From Oscillospiraceae bacterium (GTDB lineage: Bacteria; Bacillota; Clostridia; Oscillospirales; Acutalibacteraceae), in assembly GCA_015065845.1 (NCBI GenBank), contig SVPQ01000007.1, positions 3,805 to 67,804 on the forward strand: a stretch of 64,000 nt of DNA, given 5' to 3'. How positions within the stretch are numbered: the first letter of the stretch is position 1; every line of letters starts with the position of its first letter. Position numbers and translations under genes: made by a program. Positions 62,828-64,000 of this stretch are shown piece after piece. The notes beneath the pieces are model-generated. The model did no database searches. It saw only the letters and a program-made list of their open reading frames with translations, and was not told the DNA's origin.

Positions 62828-64000
62828 ATGGAAAAAGAGCGACTTTGTTTACGCTGTATGAGAAAAATCGGCGAAAGCGAAGCTTGTCCTTATTGCAAAG
62901 ATGAAAGTCGTGAACCTCAACAAGCACCATATCTGCCACTTAAAACTGTTGTCGGCGGTAAATATCTTGTCGGCAAAAGAGTTTCAACAAATGGCGATGG
63001 CTCTACCTACTATGGTTTTGATTTGGATAAAAAACAAGCGGTTATGATTCGCGAGTGCTTCCCTGAGGGTGAAGTTACACGCGGTGATGATAACTATTGT
63101 CTTGTTAATGTTGGCAGAGCGGCTGCTTTCATTGATGCAAAGGCTAAATTCACAAAATTATGGAACACCCTTAAAAATATAACGGGGTGCTCTGCTATTG
63201 TGCCTGTTCTTGATGTTTTTGAAGATTTGGGTACAGCGTATGCTATAAGTGAATATCTTGGTGAGGGTGAAACTCTCAGAGATTATTTACTTAAAAATGA
63301 GCAGGGTTATATTTTATGGGAAGAAGCACGGGTTCTTTTAATGCCTGTACTTTCTGCTCTTGGTGTTCTTCACGAAAACGGAATAATTCACGGTGCTATA
63401 TCACCTAATTCGCTTATTGTAGATAAAGATGGTAAAGTTAAAATTACCGATTACAGTATTGACGATGTAAGAACAAAAGGTGGCAAACTTCCTTTAGAAT
63501 TGTCTGATGGATATGCTGCTATTGAGCAATACGCAGAAGATGGCGAATTAGGACCATGGACTGATGTTTATGGGTTTGCAACCGTGCTTTACAGAGTTCT
63601 TGTCGGCAGTACACCTATGAATTCAGTTTCAAGGGCTACTAATGATAAATTAATGATTCCTGGCAAATTTGCAGAAATTATTCCTGCTTATGTAATAAAT
63701 GCGTTAGTAAATGCGTTACAGATTCTCCCTGAAGACAGAACTGAAAATGTCGAATTTCTCCGTGACGACCTTTCTGCTTCACCTACTGCCGCAGTGAGTG
63801 CCGCAGAAGCATATTCTTCTTTTGCTCAGGAACGCCGTACTGAAAGGGAAGCCGAAATTTCTGACGAGCATATTGACGAATACGAAGAAACAGAAGACTA
63901 TATCCCACAGAAAAGTGGCATCAAAAGAAGCACACTTATCACTTTTATTGTGAGTGTAGTGGTTTGTCTTGCAATTCTTCTTGCAGTTGTTTTTGTTATT
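62828..64000 (+). CDS. Membrane protein with an N-terminal zinc ribbon and a degenerate Ser/Thr protein-kinase-like domain (3-prime end outside the window)
   Basis: GGAG RBS and ATG at 62828. CLRCMRKIGESEACPYC zinc ribbon. The kinase-fold motifs are altered: VMIRE for VAIK, IIHGAISPNS for HRDxKPxN, ITDYS for DFG. A TM segment (LITFIVSVVVCLAILLAVVFVI) lies at the window edge. Confidence 0.7.
   Translation, partial: MEKERLCLRCMRKIGESEACPYCKDESREPQQAPYLPLKTVVGGKYLVGKRVSTNGDGSTYYGFDLDKKQAVMIRECFPEGEVTRGDDNYCLVNVGRAAAFIDAKAKFTKLWNTLKNITGCSAIVPVLDVFEDLGTAYAISEYLGEGETLRDYLLKNEQGYILWEEARVLLMPVLSALGVLHENGIIHGAISPNSLIVDKDGKVKITDYSIDDVRTKGGKLPLELSDGYAAIEQYAEDGELGPWTDVYGFATVLYRVLVGSTPMNSVSRATNDKLMIPGKFAEIIPAYVINALVNALQILPEDRTENVEFLRDDLSASPTAAVSAAEAYSSFAQERRTEREAEISDEHIDEYEETEDYIPQKSGIKRSTLITFIVSVVVCLAILLAVVFVI

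Overview
AT-rich Firmicutes/Clostridia-type chromosomal segment. A dockerin-bearing protein, an FHA-FtsW fusion, type III glutamine synthetase and GH29/GH95-like enzymes suggest a Ruminococcus/Oscillospiraceae-like gut anaerobe, but that taxon call is inference only. The window has two parts.

(A) About 1-20.8 kb is an accessory region that ends at a tRNA-Leu gene.
- A same-strand, tightly packed array of eight paralogous BspA-type (LRR_5-like) leucine-rich-repeat genes, none with a signal peptide, plus one window-truncated related gene. All share nearly identical N- and C-terminal caps and conserved inter-gene junctions.
- A MoxR-like AAA+ ATPase and a vWA (DUF2201-like) protein sit inside this array.
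- The array is interrupted by a three-gene module: a small Rx4H HEPN-like protein, a SPASM-domain radical-SAM-like enzyme with a non-canonical Cys triad, and a protein with a novel N-terminal domain fused to LRRs.
- Next, on the opposite strand, is a three-gene operon: a Swt1-like HEPN + ParB/Srx-fold fusion, a 979-aa protein with three RpoA alpha-CTD-like HhH modules and a sigma-70 region-4-like HTH, and a HIRAN protein. It is bracketed by about 40-nt homologous hairpin repeats and lies beside a 22-nt duplicate of the tRNA-Leu 3-prime end.
- These two clusters are my best candidates for undescribed conflict/defence-type systems. No integrase, transposase, reverse transcriptase or CRISPR array is visible.

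(B) About 21-64 kb is mostly housekeeping:
- type III GS, TtcA-like PP-loop ATPase, GNAT/GrpB/HAD genes, a PadR pair
- an HtrA + two-component operon, GalM, FHA-FtsW + class B PBP
- a MacB-like ABC pair with a large coiled-coil permease, TetR + a GlpA-like FAD oxidoreductase trio
- GH29 fucosidase, a dockerin-CAP protein, MetY/MetA, a Na/Pi transporter, ACT-MBL, a GH95-like enzyme
- two tRNA-Ser genes with an integration-scar-like repeat structure, an XRE-led cluster of small membrane-anchored proteins
- RsmD, CoaD and a membrane pseudokinase that runs off the window.

Non-coding features worth noting are a leader-ORF/terminator attenuator upstream of a GNAT gene and families of word-like short tandem repeats, several lying just upstream of near-consensus sigma-A promoters. 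All domain calls come from motif reading by eye; no database search was possible.
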